A stretch of 63,853 nucleotides of DNA, the filler included, from Octopus bimaculoides (lineage: Eukaryota), in assembly GCF_001194135.2 (NCBI RefSeq). It is 8 parts of 8 records of this genome, joined end to end, with 100 filler letters (N's around TTAATTAATTAA, not from the genome) between each part and the next. Parts side by side here need not be neighbours in the genome. Positions count along the whole stretch, not along the records: positions 43,129 to 55,623 come from NC_068993.1; positions 55,724 to 59,271 come from NW_026429210.1; positions 59,372 to 62,637 come from NC_068989.1; positions 62,738 to 63,853 come from NC_068988.1; 4 more parts are not named here. One strand, 5' to 3'. The translations under genes were made by a program, and so were the position numbers. Positions 54,546-63,853 of this stretch are shown here, piece after piece. How positions within the stretch are numbered: the stretch's first letter is position 1; each line of letters starts with the position of its first letter. The notes under the pieces are model-generated. The model was given only the letters and a program-made list of their open reading frames with translations, had not been told where the DNA came from and made no database searches.

Positions 54546-54756
54546 ATCACTTAACCATTTCTGTGAAGCCCTATGTTATTTATCAGCTGGAATATAGAGT
54601 GCAATGTTTCAACAATATTTGTGTATATTTTAATACGTATCAGCAAATATAAATTCACTTCTCCTGCAAAACCTACTGTAGCGAAATCCATTTTCATTAA
54701 TTTTAACAAAAGAATTTCTTTACGCACGCATGACAGCTTTCCAGTTGTGTGCAATG

Positions 54757-54794
<38 letters not shown>

Positions 54795-55189
54795 ATAGAA
54801 TCGTATGAACGTTGAAAAGAATGCATCCTGTAGTTATTTCTAGTCTGTGCTCTGAAATCAAGTCCTGCTGAGTTCAGCTTTATTTTTCATATTTTCGAAT
54901 TCAAGAAACATGTAACAATCCAGTCGGTTGATTGGCAGAACAATTAGGATCGAGTAAGATGTTTTGCAGTATATCTTTCGGGAATTTGGTCTCCAGCCTT
55001 ATAAACCTCAAAAAGTGAGCAAGCATGGACAAATGCCTTCGTCGTAAAGCATTACTCACGCTTGCTCATTACATGACGACCTTTGACCGACGGAGGCCTA
55101 CACACAGATAGTACAGTTGTATGTATGTATATATGTATGTATGTATGCATGTATGTATGTATGCATGCATGCATCCGTGCAACATCTGT

Positions 55190-55620
55190 ATCCCTCCCTT
55201 TGCCTGTCATCTACTATGTCCTTGCCTTAAGGCTTTACTTCTGCACATGCCAGCTTAATTGAATTCGTCCTTAGTCGAAAGACACCCGTTGTTAATGTCC
55301 TTCATTTGTAATTGTGTTTGTGTATCATTTCTCTGTTTTTTCCGTCTTTGTTGTCGTATACATTCGCTGCTTTCTTCCAAGGAATCTAGTGCTCTTAGCT
55401 TAGATTTTCCTTGATGCTGGCCAGATTGGAGCAATCTCGAGTATAAGCAGCTGAAATTGCAAAGATAATTTGGAACTCGACTGGAGAAAGAAAACTCCGA
55501 ATGACCTGTCCTTTTGTTTCTGTATCGTCTGTCTGGATGTTTTGTTGTTCCTTTTTTGTATCATTTAACTGTTTGGATGTTTTGCGTTCTTGTCCTATTT
55601 TTGGTATTCCTTTATATATA
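55190..55620 (+). mobile_element. Dispersed repeat (probable Penelope terminal repeat), homologous to 50940-51180
   Basis: See the 50700-51205 feature; also carries a decayed CTGGAGA...CCGAATG hammerhead-like segment near 55480-55505. Confidence 0.6.
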
Positions 55621-55723
55621 TATNNNNNNNNNNNNNNNNNNNNNNNNNNNNNNNNNNNNNNNNNNNNTTAATTAATTAANNNNNNNNNNNNNNNNNNNNN
55701 NNNNNNNNNNNNNNNNNNNNNNN

Positions 55724-56098
55724 TATGATGCTGCTACACCAGTCATTGGGTATGACTCCTTCATGTATCACCTGGTTCATAATACGGGTGACTAGGCTAT
55801 AGCCAACACTGCCAGATATTTTGAGCATCTCTGCAGTGATTCCTGATGGGCTGGGGGCTTTCCCGGTCTTCATACTCTTAATTGCTTTATCTACCCTGGT
55901 ACTATCAACTCGGATAGCTGGTCCCTCTGTTGGGTCGACATACGGCAGGCTCTCTTCCTCCCATTCATTCTCTTTATTAAGCAATCTATCGTAGTGGCAT
56001 CTCCAGACCTCTTTCTTTGCATCTTCATTTAGTGCAAGCGTACCATCATCCATGCGAACACATTTCTCTCCTACACTGTCTTGCAACACGTTGCCATT
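55724..56098 (-). mobile_element. RTE LINE fragment with an uninterrupted reading frame (pre-RT region), running into a gap
   Basis: GEKCVRMDDG...WRCHYDRLLNKENEW...AIKSMKTGKAPSPSGITAEMLK...IPNDWCSSII; KAPGPDGI-like and IP.DW motifs. Confidence 0.9.
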
Positions 56099-56692
56099 AT
56101 GTGTACAAACATAAATTCACAGGGTTGGGGGTGCTTGTGCGTGCGCGTGTGTATGTATATATATATATATATATACAGAACCACAAATATAGATTTAATC
56201 TAAGATTATACAATATATATATGCTGATATGAAAAGATCAGGCTTGTCAAGCTGCTATTTTCGTTTGTTTTAACAATATCAAATATCTCCGTTCTTTGAT
56301 TTACTCAACAAAACTTTATTAAAGTATGTTTAATATGCAGTGGATTATGGAATTTGTAGAAAAGAGACGACAAAATTTGTGAAAAAATGTCAAGTTGAGA
56401 TGATATGTGAGATAAAGGGTAAGAAAGATTTTCCTGACATAAATAATAAATTCATTTATGAAGTCTGAAATCAAATAATTATAGCTAATTTGAAGTAATT
56501 AAAGAGATAATTACAGCGTTTGTGCTGAAACAGAATCCTGTATTTGCCTCAATTAGCCAAATGTGTGATGCATTTAAAAAATACCAGCTATCCCTCATTG
56601 TCTCGTGATTTCGCTATCTCTCTCTTTTTACCAACACACACACACAACTATTTATATATATATATATATGTTTGTGTGTCTGTATACGTATG

Positions 56693-56730
<38 letters not shown>

Positions 56731-56731
<1 letters not shown>

Positions 56732-57445
56732 TGGCTGGTGTACCTGGTAAAGATGTTCTATTGAAACGCCTTATTACTCTGATATAAGAAAGCAATTTCG
56801 TTATGACTGCCACAAGAAGTGTATTTTTCGTCGCGAAAAAGTGCAAAAAACTGTCAGCTGGAGGAGGGAGAAATTGTTGGAGGCTGGCCAGAGAGGAGAG
56901 ATTATCGGAGGTTGTCAGAGGTTAGTGAGAGAGATTATCAGATGTTATCGGAGGTTGGCGAGAGATGTTGTCGGAGGGAGAGGCATCTTTGTTCCAAAAT
57001 TTCAGTCTTGCAGGGCCATGTGATACACAATGTTTTTGGTTTTGCCGTTGGGAACATAGACGAATAAATTTCCTGGATTTCCAACTCAACAGCATCAGAC
57101 ATAGAGCTGTCCATGATTAAAAGCAGGTCCTGCAAGATTAAGGCCTGTCACTTCCAATGTCTGACCCTGTGCTTTGTTGATGCTCATTGCAAAGCTTAAT
57201 CTCAGGGAATTGTAGCCTTTTGAAATCAATTTGTGTATCGGGCGGAATCAGAAGAATCTTTGGAACGGAAACATCTTCGCGATTCGTTTTCCCAGTCAGT
57301 GTTGTTGCCTCCAACAATGTCTGCATCAATTGTTTGATAATAAGTCTCGTGTTATTGCATAATTTGGGAGCATCGAGGTTTCTTAAAAGCATTACTGGGG
57401 CTCCAAACTTTAGATGTAATTCATGCGCTGGTAATGAAAAGCGTC
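56731..57445 (-). mobile_element. Helitron 3' part: PIF1-like helicase C-terminus, 3' UTR and degenerate terminus
   Basis: LPAHELHLKFGAPVMLLRNLDAPKLCNNTRL, DFKRLQFP, FAMSINKAQGQTL, FNHGQLYV, GKTKNIVY. Minus strand ends ...CAGGTACACCAGCCAG|T (CTAG-like) at 56731. Confidence 0.85.
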
Positions 57446-57599
57446 GAGGGAAGTTGTGTCTCATAGTTGTCTGGTTGTAACCTTCTTTCTTCCTCAGATT
57501 GTTTGTCTTTTAATGGCTGCCTGCTTGTGACCATGACTCTGGATGTCTGTTCACTAATTGAGTTGTCAGGGGCTGCTTCGCTCTGTTGTCGCCAAGTGA

Positions 57600-57940
57600 C
57601 TACCTCTCGTTGAGTCGTCACTGACTGGTGACTAAACTAAATTTTGTTTGGGGTTTCCTTGCTTTTATAACAATCCAGAAGGATAGACATATTATTGAGA
57701 ACAATAGTTTTAGTTGGTGGTCTCGTTATCTCTATTCTAGATTTTGGTAATGCAGAAGAGGTTAGAAAGGGTCAAGTGGTGAAGACATTGTTTTGGCCTA
57801 GCTAAAGGCATCTGGAAAATATTAAACTGCTGTCAGAGAAAAACTATTGTTCCACCGTGGGAAAAGAGTTCTGACACAGTGTTAATTTAAATTTGGCTAT
57901 AGTGGATCGAATCCACTTCATGCCTGCAAGATCCACTATA
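57600..57940 (-). mobile_element. Unassigned repeat, copy 1, with terminal hairpin next to (TA)n
   Basis: Diverged inverted homologue of 58718-59050; TATAGTGGATC...GATCCACTATA at 57898-57940. Confidence 0.8.
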
Positions 57941-58311
57941 TGTATATATATAAATATGAGAGATGCATTATAGAGCTTGAAGTCCTCAGAGAGAGAGAGA
58001 GAAAGTAATTATATTGGGACGTTGGCTTCTAAACAAGAGATGTAAATATTAGAAAATTTGAAATGAAAGGAAAGCATTTTAAACCCATTTCTTTTGGGGA
58101 AGAATACAAAGAATTTTACAATTCACTTTGAACATTTTCAACGACCATAACAAAGACGCGTGTCTCTTTTAAAGATAATAAAATATAATACATTGAAAGA
58201 TATGATGCTGTGTGACAATTTGTATCAAAGTATTTTAGCATCTACAAACAACAGCAAAGAATTCTTCATTATTGTCAATCTCACTCTTACCAACAAGATT
58301 ATATATAATCT

Positions 58312-58345
<34 letters not shown>

Positions 58346-58348
58346 TGT

Positions 58349-58703
58349 AGGCGCAGGAGTGGCTGTGTGGTAGGTAGCTTGCTTACCAACCACATGGTTG
58401 TGGGTTCATTCCCACTGCGTGGCACCTTGGGCAAGTGTCTTCTACTATAGCCCTCAGGCCGACCAAAGCCTTGTCAGTGGATTTGGTAGACGGAAACTGA
58501 AGGAAGCCTGTCGTATATATGTATATATATATGTATGTGTTTATGTCTGACAACCGATGGTGGTGTGTTTACGTCCACGTAACTTAGTGGTTCGGCAAAA
58601 GAGACCGATAGAATAAGTACTAGGCTTACAAAGAATAAGTCCTGGGGTCGATTTTCTCGACTAAAGGCGGTGCTCCAGCATGGCTGAAACAAGTAAAAGA
58701 GAG
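58349..58703 (+). mobile_element. SINE family B, full length, with central (TA/TG) microsatellite
   Basis: tRNA-like head (TGGCTGTGTGGTA...GGTTCATTCCC), GGCACCTTGGGCAAGTGTC, tail GAAACAAGTAAAAGAG; at least seven other copies in the window. Confidence 0.9.
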
Positions 58704-58717
58704 TTTATATATATAGA

Positions 58718-59050
58718 TATAGTGGATCTTGCAGGCATTAAGTGGATTCGATCCACTATAGCCAAATTTAAATCAACACTGCAACAGAACCTTTCCCACG
58801 GTGGAACAATAGTTTTTCTCTTACAACAGTTTAATATTTTCCAGATGCTTTTAGCTAGGGTTAGGGTCACCACTTGACCCTTTCTAACCTCTCCTACTCC
58901 ACTAAAATCTAAAATAGAGATAAGACCACCAACTAAATTTATTGTTCTCAATGATATGTCTATCCTTCTGGATCCGTTATAAACACAAAAAACCCCAAGC
59001 AAAAAGTTAGTTCAATCACCTGTCGGTGACGACTCAGCCTGATGTTGTTA
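58718..59050 (+). mobile_element. Unassigned repeat, copy 2, with terminal hairpin next to (TA)n
   Basis: Inverted homologue of 57600-57940; hairpin at 58718-58760. Confidence 0.8.
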
Positions 59051-59371
59051 TAACAACAAATCTTTATCGTCACAACTGCAGACTCCCACATTTTATAATA
59101 CCTCACAAATCTTACCCTTTACAAGTGATAACTACACAAATTATTATCGTAACAAGTGTTGACTCTCGACTTCAACTAAAAACTTTATCGTTACAAACTG
59201 GCCATCACGACGTTGCACCATAACACACATCGCTACAAAAATAAAAATATTATCGTTATATATATATATATNNNNNNNNNNNNNNNNNNNNNNNNNNNNN
59301 NNNNNNNNNNNNNNNTTAATTAATTAANNNNNNNNNNNNNNNNNNNNNNNNNNNNNNNNNNNNNNNNNNNN

Positions 59372-59407
<36 letters not shown>

Positions 59408-59457
59408 GCACACACATACCCATATATATTATGTATATATATGTTATAGTAGGCGAG

Positions 59458-59540
59458 AAAAAAATTGTATTATTTCTGATAGGGATCGAACCTCGTGTTT
59501 GAAGCAAACTGTACAAACTTGCCAACCACTGCACCGAGGT
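59458..59540 (-). pseudogene. tRNA-like Pol III unit (tRNA pseudogene or SINE head)
   Basis: Minus strand A box TGCAGTGGTTGG (59522-33), B box GGTTCGATCCC (59482-92), T7 run (59458-64); no convincing cloverleaf. Confidence 0.4.
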
Positions 59541-59849
59541 GACATCATAACTTTGAACCTCAAATCAACAAACACAAACATAACATTATCAACTAGTATT
59601 ATACATTCAATCGGCCTGTCAAGTACCTCCGTCTCAAAGCAGATAAGATAGTTATGCAGTTCCTACCCATTCTAACATTTTAAATATTATCTCCCCTGGG
59701 AAACGAACGGAACCTATTTCTTATATTATTATTCTGTATGTTTTTGTTCTGAATCTATATAAATTTGTAATATGTTTGAATTGTATGAGCATGTAATTTA
59801 AATTTTGTAGACCCCCATATCGTGACACATTTATTGAAGTACGAATAAT

Positions 59850-60330
59850 CGATATTATTGTACTTTAAGAATTATCTTGGCTTGATTTTCTTCTGTACTT
59901 TTCCCTAGGCATGTTCTTCTTTAAAGTCTAGTAACATTCTGCATGCATACTAGATCTCCGCTTATTTTGGTAACGCTTTGCCACGGCGGAAGTTTTCAGT
60001 TGGAAACGCTTCCCATGTTTGTCTCTTATCACAGACGACAATTCAAGAAATGAACTTTTAATGACATATTACTCTACATTGTTTGGTAAAGGCTTAAGCT
60101 AGTCACCTTCTGTCTCAGAATAGTTTAAAACCTTCGTATTTCCCAAGAAGTTAGCGCAGGCGTTTTCGAAGTTTTGCGACGCAAAGCGTGAAATTTTCTT
60201 TTGATGTGAATTAAATGAATGTACTTTTTTAATAATTGCATCGAAGATACAGAAAATTATGACAAAATTGGAATAAGTTTTGGGGATATTTTTAATCAGG
60301 GTGGATTGCATGTGACAGTGGTATTAAAGG
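59850..60330 (-). mobile_element. Second, older Chapaev3-like transposase remnant
   Basis: NFENACANFLGNTKVLNYSE, DKHGKRFQ, KRYQNK...MHAECY*TLKKNMPREKYRRKS parallel the C-terminus of 30722-31613. Confidence 0.65.
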
Positions 60331-60396
60331 GAATATGCATTCATCGTAACGTCGGGCAAAATGCTTAGCGGTATCTATTCCGGTTCTTTAAATTAA

Positions 60397-60414
60397 ATAA
60401 TAATAATAATAATG

Positions 60415-60457
<43 letters not shown>

Positions 60458-60497
60458 TAATAATAATAATGATAATAATAATGATAATAATAATGAC

Positions 60498-60554
<57 letters not shown>

Positions 60555-60697
60555 TTGTTGAAATTATGAGATCTTAGACAACAGGCTGCTGTCCGCTCTC
60601 ACAGAATTAACAGGAACAAATAAGATCGAGGGCTCTGAGAGGTAAAATATAATAATAATAATAACAACAACAACAATAATGATAATAATAATAATAA
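60397..60697. repeat. Long (AAT)n tracts flanking a ~95-bp unique insert (60555-60650)
   Basis: Directly visible. Confidence 0.9.
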
Positions 60698-61425
60698 ACT
60701 GATTGGAAGTGTTATCATGTACATGCTTTGTCTTGGTATAAAAGATGGGCTACAGCAAATATTCTGCTCAATATCACAGATTTGCTTGTCAGTTGTTTGA
60801 CCTTAACCAGTTGAGCATGTGTTGGTTGGCAGTATGTGCATCTCTGATAACGAGCAGAAGTAGTGGGGAAATATCATAACCATGTGTTGGGAGGGATTCT
60901 TTGGGATTTGAGTAATTCACCTTTGGCAACATGGGTGTTTCGTTCAACTGCCTTATACAAACTTTATTCAGGGACCTTTTGAGCGGGATGGGCTACTTGA
61001 CCTGCAGACAATTCTAACTGGGCCCCATCTGCGAGGTAATGCGCTGTTTATCTTGAAACGAGATCACCATGTCGCGCACGTATGGTTGTGATGCATGTGC
61101 CTGGTGTACCCTTATCAGACGGGTAGTCATGATGGGTATAATGGGCTTCGTATATTTGTACCCCAGTGTCACTTTGATGGCATGCATTGCTCTCTTACTC
61201 AATAAAAGCAACAACAACAACACTGGTGCCAAGCTGTATCGGCCTTTGCCTTTCCCTTGGATAACATCAGTGGTATGGAGAGGGGAGGCTGGTATGCATG
61301 GGCGACTGCTGGCCTTNNNNNNNNNNGAGGCTGGTATGCATGGGCGACTGCTGGCCTTCCACAAACAACCTTGCCCGGACTTGTGCCTCGGAGGGTAACT
61401 TTCTAGGTGCAATCCCATGGTCTCC
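60698..61425 (+). repeat. Probable interspersed repeat(s) of unknown class bounded by trinucleotide tails
   Basis: GC-richer block between (AAT)n tracts, ending ACTCAATAAAAG(CAA)n; a second block spans 61222-61425. No second copy in the window, so repeat status is inferred. Confidence 0.45.
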
Positions 61426-61505
61426 TCCAATAATGATAATAATAAAAATAATAATAATAATAATGATGATGATGATGATGATGATGATGATAATAATAAT
61501 AATGA

Positions 61506-61790
61506 GATCAACATAATACCGTGAAAGAAAGAGAAATGATTGGTAAATATGGAGACCTGAGAATTGAAATCGCCAAGATGTGGCAGCTACGAGAGGCAAA
61601 CTTAAAGGCTGTCCCATCTGGAAACTTTAGAAATACCCTACAATCTAGATGACCCTATAATTACTGATTGCGTAAAGTACTGTCTGAGGTCCATGTTGTG
61701 ACTTGACAGACGGTACAAATCCCCTGTAGACACAATATCTTCAATCAACATCACGATATTGGATGCTTTGCGACGTCTTAAATAGGAATA
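61506..61790 (+). mobile_element. R4/Dong-like LINE C-terminus (restriction-like endonuclease region) plus 3' UTR
   Basis: DQHNTVKEREMIGKYGDLRIEIAKMWQLREANLKAVP, then a deletion, then HLETLEIPYNL and LRKVLS; matches the KE.EK..KY.DL..EI..MW motif. Confidence 0.75.
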
Positions 61791-61794
61791 ATAA

Positions 61795-61945
61795 TAGTTT
61801 CAAATATTGGCACATGGCCAGCAATTTTTAGAGAATGGGATTCCAGTGCTTAACTGATACTTTATTTTATTGACCCAGAAAAAATGAAAACAAAGTTTCC
61901 CTCAGCCGGATTTGAACTCTTAACGTAATTGGTGGCGGCGAACGT
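61795..61945 (-). mobile_element. SINE family A, degenerate
   Basis: GTTTCAAATATTGGCAC...ACTTTATTTTATTGACCC...GGATTTGAACTC. Confidence 0.7.
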
Positions 61946-62219
61946 AGCCCTATCCAACAAGTATGTGGCTATAAGTGCAGTTCCTACTCCGCCATGGCAT
62001 CGTTCTGAGTTACCTCTTGTTTGTCATAATGTTGTCAAACACAAACATATAAAATCTGTCCCACTCGGCAGTGATATACATAACACCAGAGTAATACGAA
62101 AGATGAGGACAAATGACTGTCTATGTCCTACAAGAAAATTTCGACCCCTTCCGCCCCGCATATACGATTAATTGAATGACAATAACACGTCGTTCAACTC
62201 TACAATAGTCCATGTCTTC

Positions 62220-62637
62220 AAGGCGGCGAGCTGACAGAAACGTTAGCACGCCGGGCGAAATGCTTAGCTTTATTTCGTCTGCCTTTATGTCCTGAGTTCA
62301 AATTCCACCGAGGTCGACTTTGCTTTTCATCCTTTCGGGGTCGATAAATTAAGTACAAGTTACGCACTGGGGTCGATGTAATCGACTTAATCCCTTTGTC
62401 TGTCCTTGTTTGTCCCCTCTATGTTTAGCCCCTTGTGGGCAATAAAGAAATAAGAAACGTTAGCACGCTGGGTGAAATGCTTAGAGGTATTTCGTCTGTC
62501 TTTACGTTCTGAGTTCAAATTCCGCCGAGATCGACTTTGCCTTTCATCCTTTCGGAGTTGATAAATAAAGTACCAGTTGCGTACTGGGGTCGATCTAAAA
62601 ATTTCGGGCCTTGTGCCTAGAGTAGATAAGAAAAGAA
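62220..62637 (+). mobile_element. SINE family A, head-to-tail dimer
   Basis: Two consecutive units, each starting AGAAACGTTAGCACGC.GGG.GAAATGCTTAG (62236 and 62453) with GAGTTCAAATTCC and GTCGACTTTGC.TTTCATCCTTTCGG cores. Confidence 0.9.
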
Positions 62638-62736
62638 NNNNNNNNNNNNNNNNNNNNNNNNNNNNNNNNNNNNNNNNNNNNTTAATTAATTAANNNNNNN
62701 NNNNNNNNNNNNNNNNNNNNNNNNNNNNNNNNNNNN

Positions 62737-62809
62737 NACGCAGTAGGATTGAGCCCGGAATCATGTGGTTGGTGGCAAGCTACTTACCACACAGCCACTC
62801 CTACGCCCA
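62737..62809 (-). mobile_element. SINE family B head
   Basis: Reverse complement of 58349-58420. Confidence 0.85.
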
Positions 62810-62832
62810 TAGCCACTCCTGATGTATATATA

Positions 62833-62869
<37 letters not shown>

Positions 62870-63107
62870 TGTTCCTAATCATTTATGCATGGCTGGTTAA
62901 ATGAAATGAGAATTTCTACATTAGTTTAGATGTACTTTTTAAGTTATTGACAAAGGAAGACGTGTGTCCCAGATATGTCTGTGTGATTGCTCGTCCGCCT
63001 GTCGGTCTATCTATCTGACTGTCTGCATGCCTGCCTGCCTGGCTGCCTGTCTACCAGTGTGTCTGTCTATACACACACACACACATACATACGTACATAC
63101 TTTTTAC

Positions 63108-63144
<37 letters not shown>

Positions 63145-63184
63145 ACTCTAAATATGAAATCAAGGTGATTATTTTAAAGAAGAT

Positions 63185-63347
63185 AGCAGGCTGGCAGAAA
63201 CCTTATCACGCCTAACAAAATGGTTTAGACCATTTCTTCCAGTTAGACGATCTGAGTTCAAATTCCAAGTAGGCTGACTTTACCTTTCGTCCTTTCTCGG
63301 TTAATAACATAAACACCAGTTGGCCACTGGAGGTCGTTGTAATCACA
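63185..63347 (+). mobile_element. SINE family A, degenerate
   Basis: GCTGGCAGAAAC...TCTGAGTTCAAATTCC...GACTTTACCTTTCGTCCTTT...CACCAGTTG. Confidence 0.75.
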
Positions 63348-63639
63348 AAATGCGACTAGGGTGTTAACGCACATGAATGAAAATTCTGTTGCCTCTAAAG
63401 ACGAGGTCACGGAAATAGCCGAAACTGACGCATCAGTATTAAGAATAGTCGATTGGCACTTTTCGGACGATTATGGTCCCTGTTAACGTATATGTTTTCA
63501 TTCATGTGAGGTAACTACAGCATTAGAGTGGCTTAGCTCTTATTTCTAGCAATGTAGGTGTTCACCAACGCCCTAATCTCATTTAGTGACATTTGTAATT
63601 CTCCTTTTTTGGTGAAACATTACAAATTGGTGTCCGGCA

Positions 63640-63842
63640 TTCGCCATGATAGATCGCTGACCACTACATATTTATATATATTTTTTTCTCCTTGTTTCTC
63701 TCCTTATTTCTTTCTGTGTTCCTTTCAGTTGAAGAGTGTAGCTCGAAACGTCAAAGACTTTCTCTATTCCCTAGCGTTAAACTAATACATCCATTTGTTG
63801 TTTACACCACCTGTCTTCGTCGTTTTTTTCGTAAATTCTCCC
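63640..63842 (+). mobile_element. Penelope-like terminal repeat remnant with variant hammerhead fold, ending at (TA)n
   Basis: CTTT-CAGTTGA-A-GAGT-GTA-GCTC-GAAACGTC-AAAG at 63722-63756; homologous to 28520-28640. Confidence 0.55.
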
Positions 63843-63853
63843 ATATATATATA

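Noticed and set aside
57898-57940. HDV-like ribozyme reading of the terminal hairpin (GCCAA resembles J4/2)
   Set aside because: I could not build P1/P2/P3/P1.1 by hand; left as a search to run, not a call.
61285-61358. 32-bp exact direct repeat either side of a 10-N gap
   Set aside because: Typical unmerged contig overlap.

Overview
Eukaryotic, AT-rich, microsatellite-saturated draft-assembly window. It is most likely octopus (inferred from the SINE families, microsatellite load and gap style; not verified). Roughly 7 kb is N gaps, and seven 100-bp placeholder gaps carry an artificial TTAATTAATTAA linker. I found no recognisable host protein-coding exon, rRNA, intact tRNA or CRISPR array, and nearly all ORFs in the supplied track are translations of microsatellites or N runs. 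The window reads as intronic or intergenic DNA built from transposon relics: four mariner-type DD34D elements (two with recognisable TIR pairs), two CMC/Chapaev3-like remnants, a Helitron helicase 3' end, RTE-clade, Tx1/L1-like and R4/Dong-like LINE fragments, a Penelope-like RT remnant, several Penelope-type terminal repeats with minimal hammerhead motifs, and more than 20 copies from at least four SINE families. The most interesting structures are: (1) an empty and a filled version of the same insertion site side by side (22.1-23.6 kb); (2) a perfect 110-bp inverted duplication bracketing 2.2 kb (15.1-17.6 kb); (3) a well-formed minimal type I hammerhead at 23.7 kb; (4) an unassigned, hairpin-capped, (TA)n-abutting element in two inverted copies, one fused to a Helitron tail (57.0-59.0 kb). 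I cannot support a new gene system here. Family assignments come from manual translation and recalled motifs, not database searches, and element boundaries are approximate unless stated as exact.
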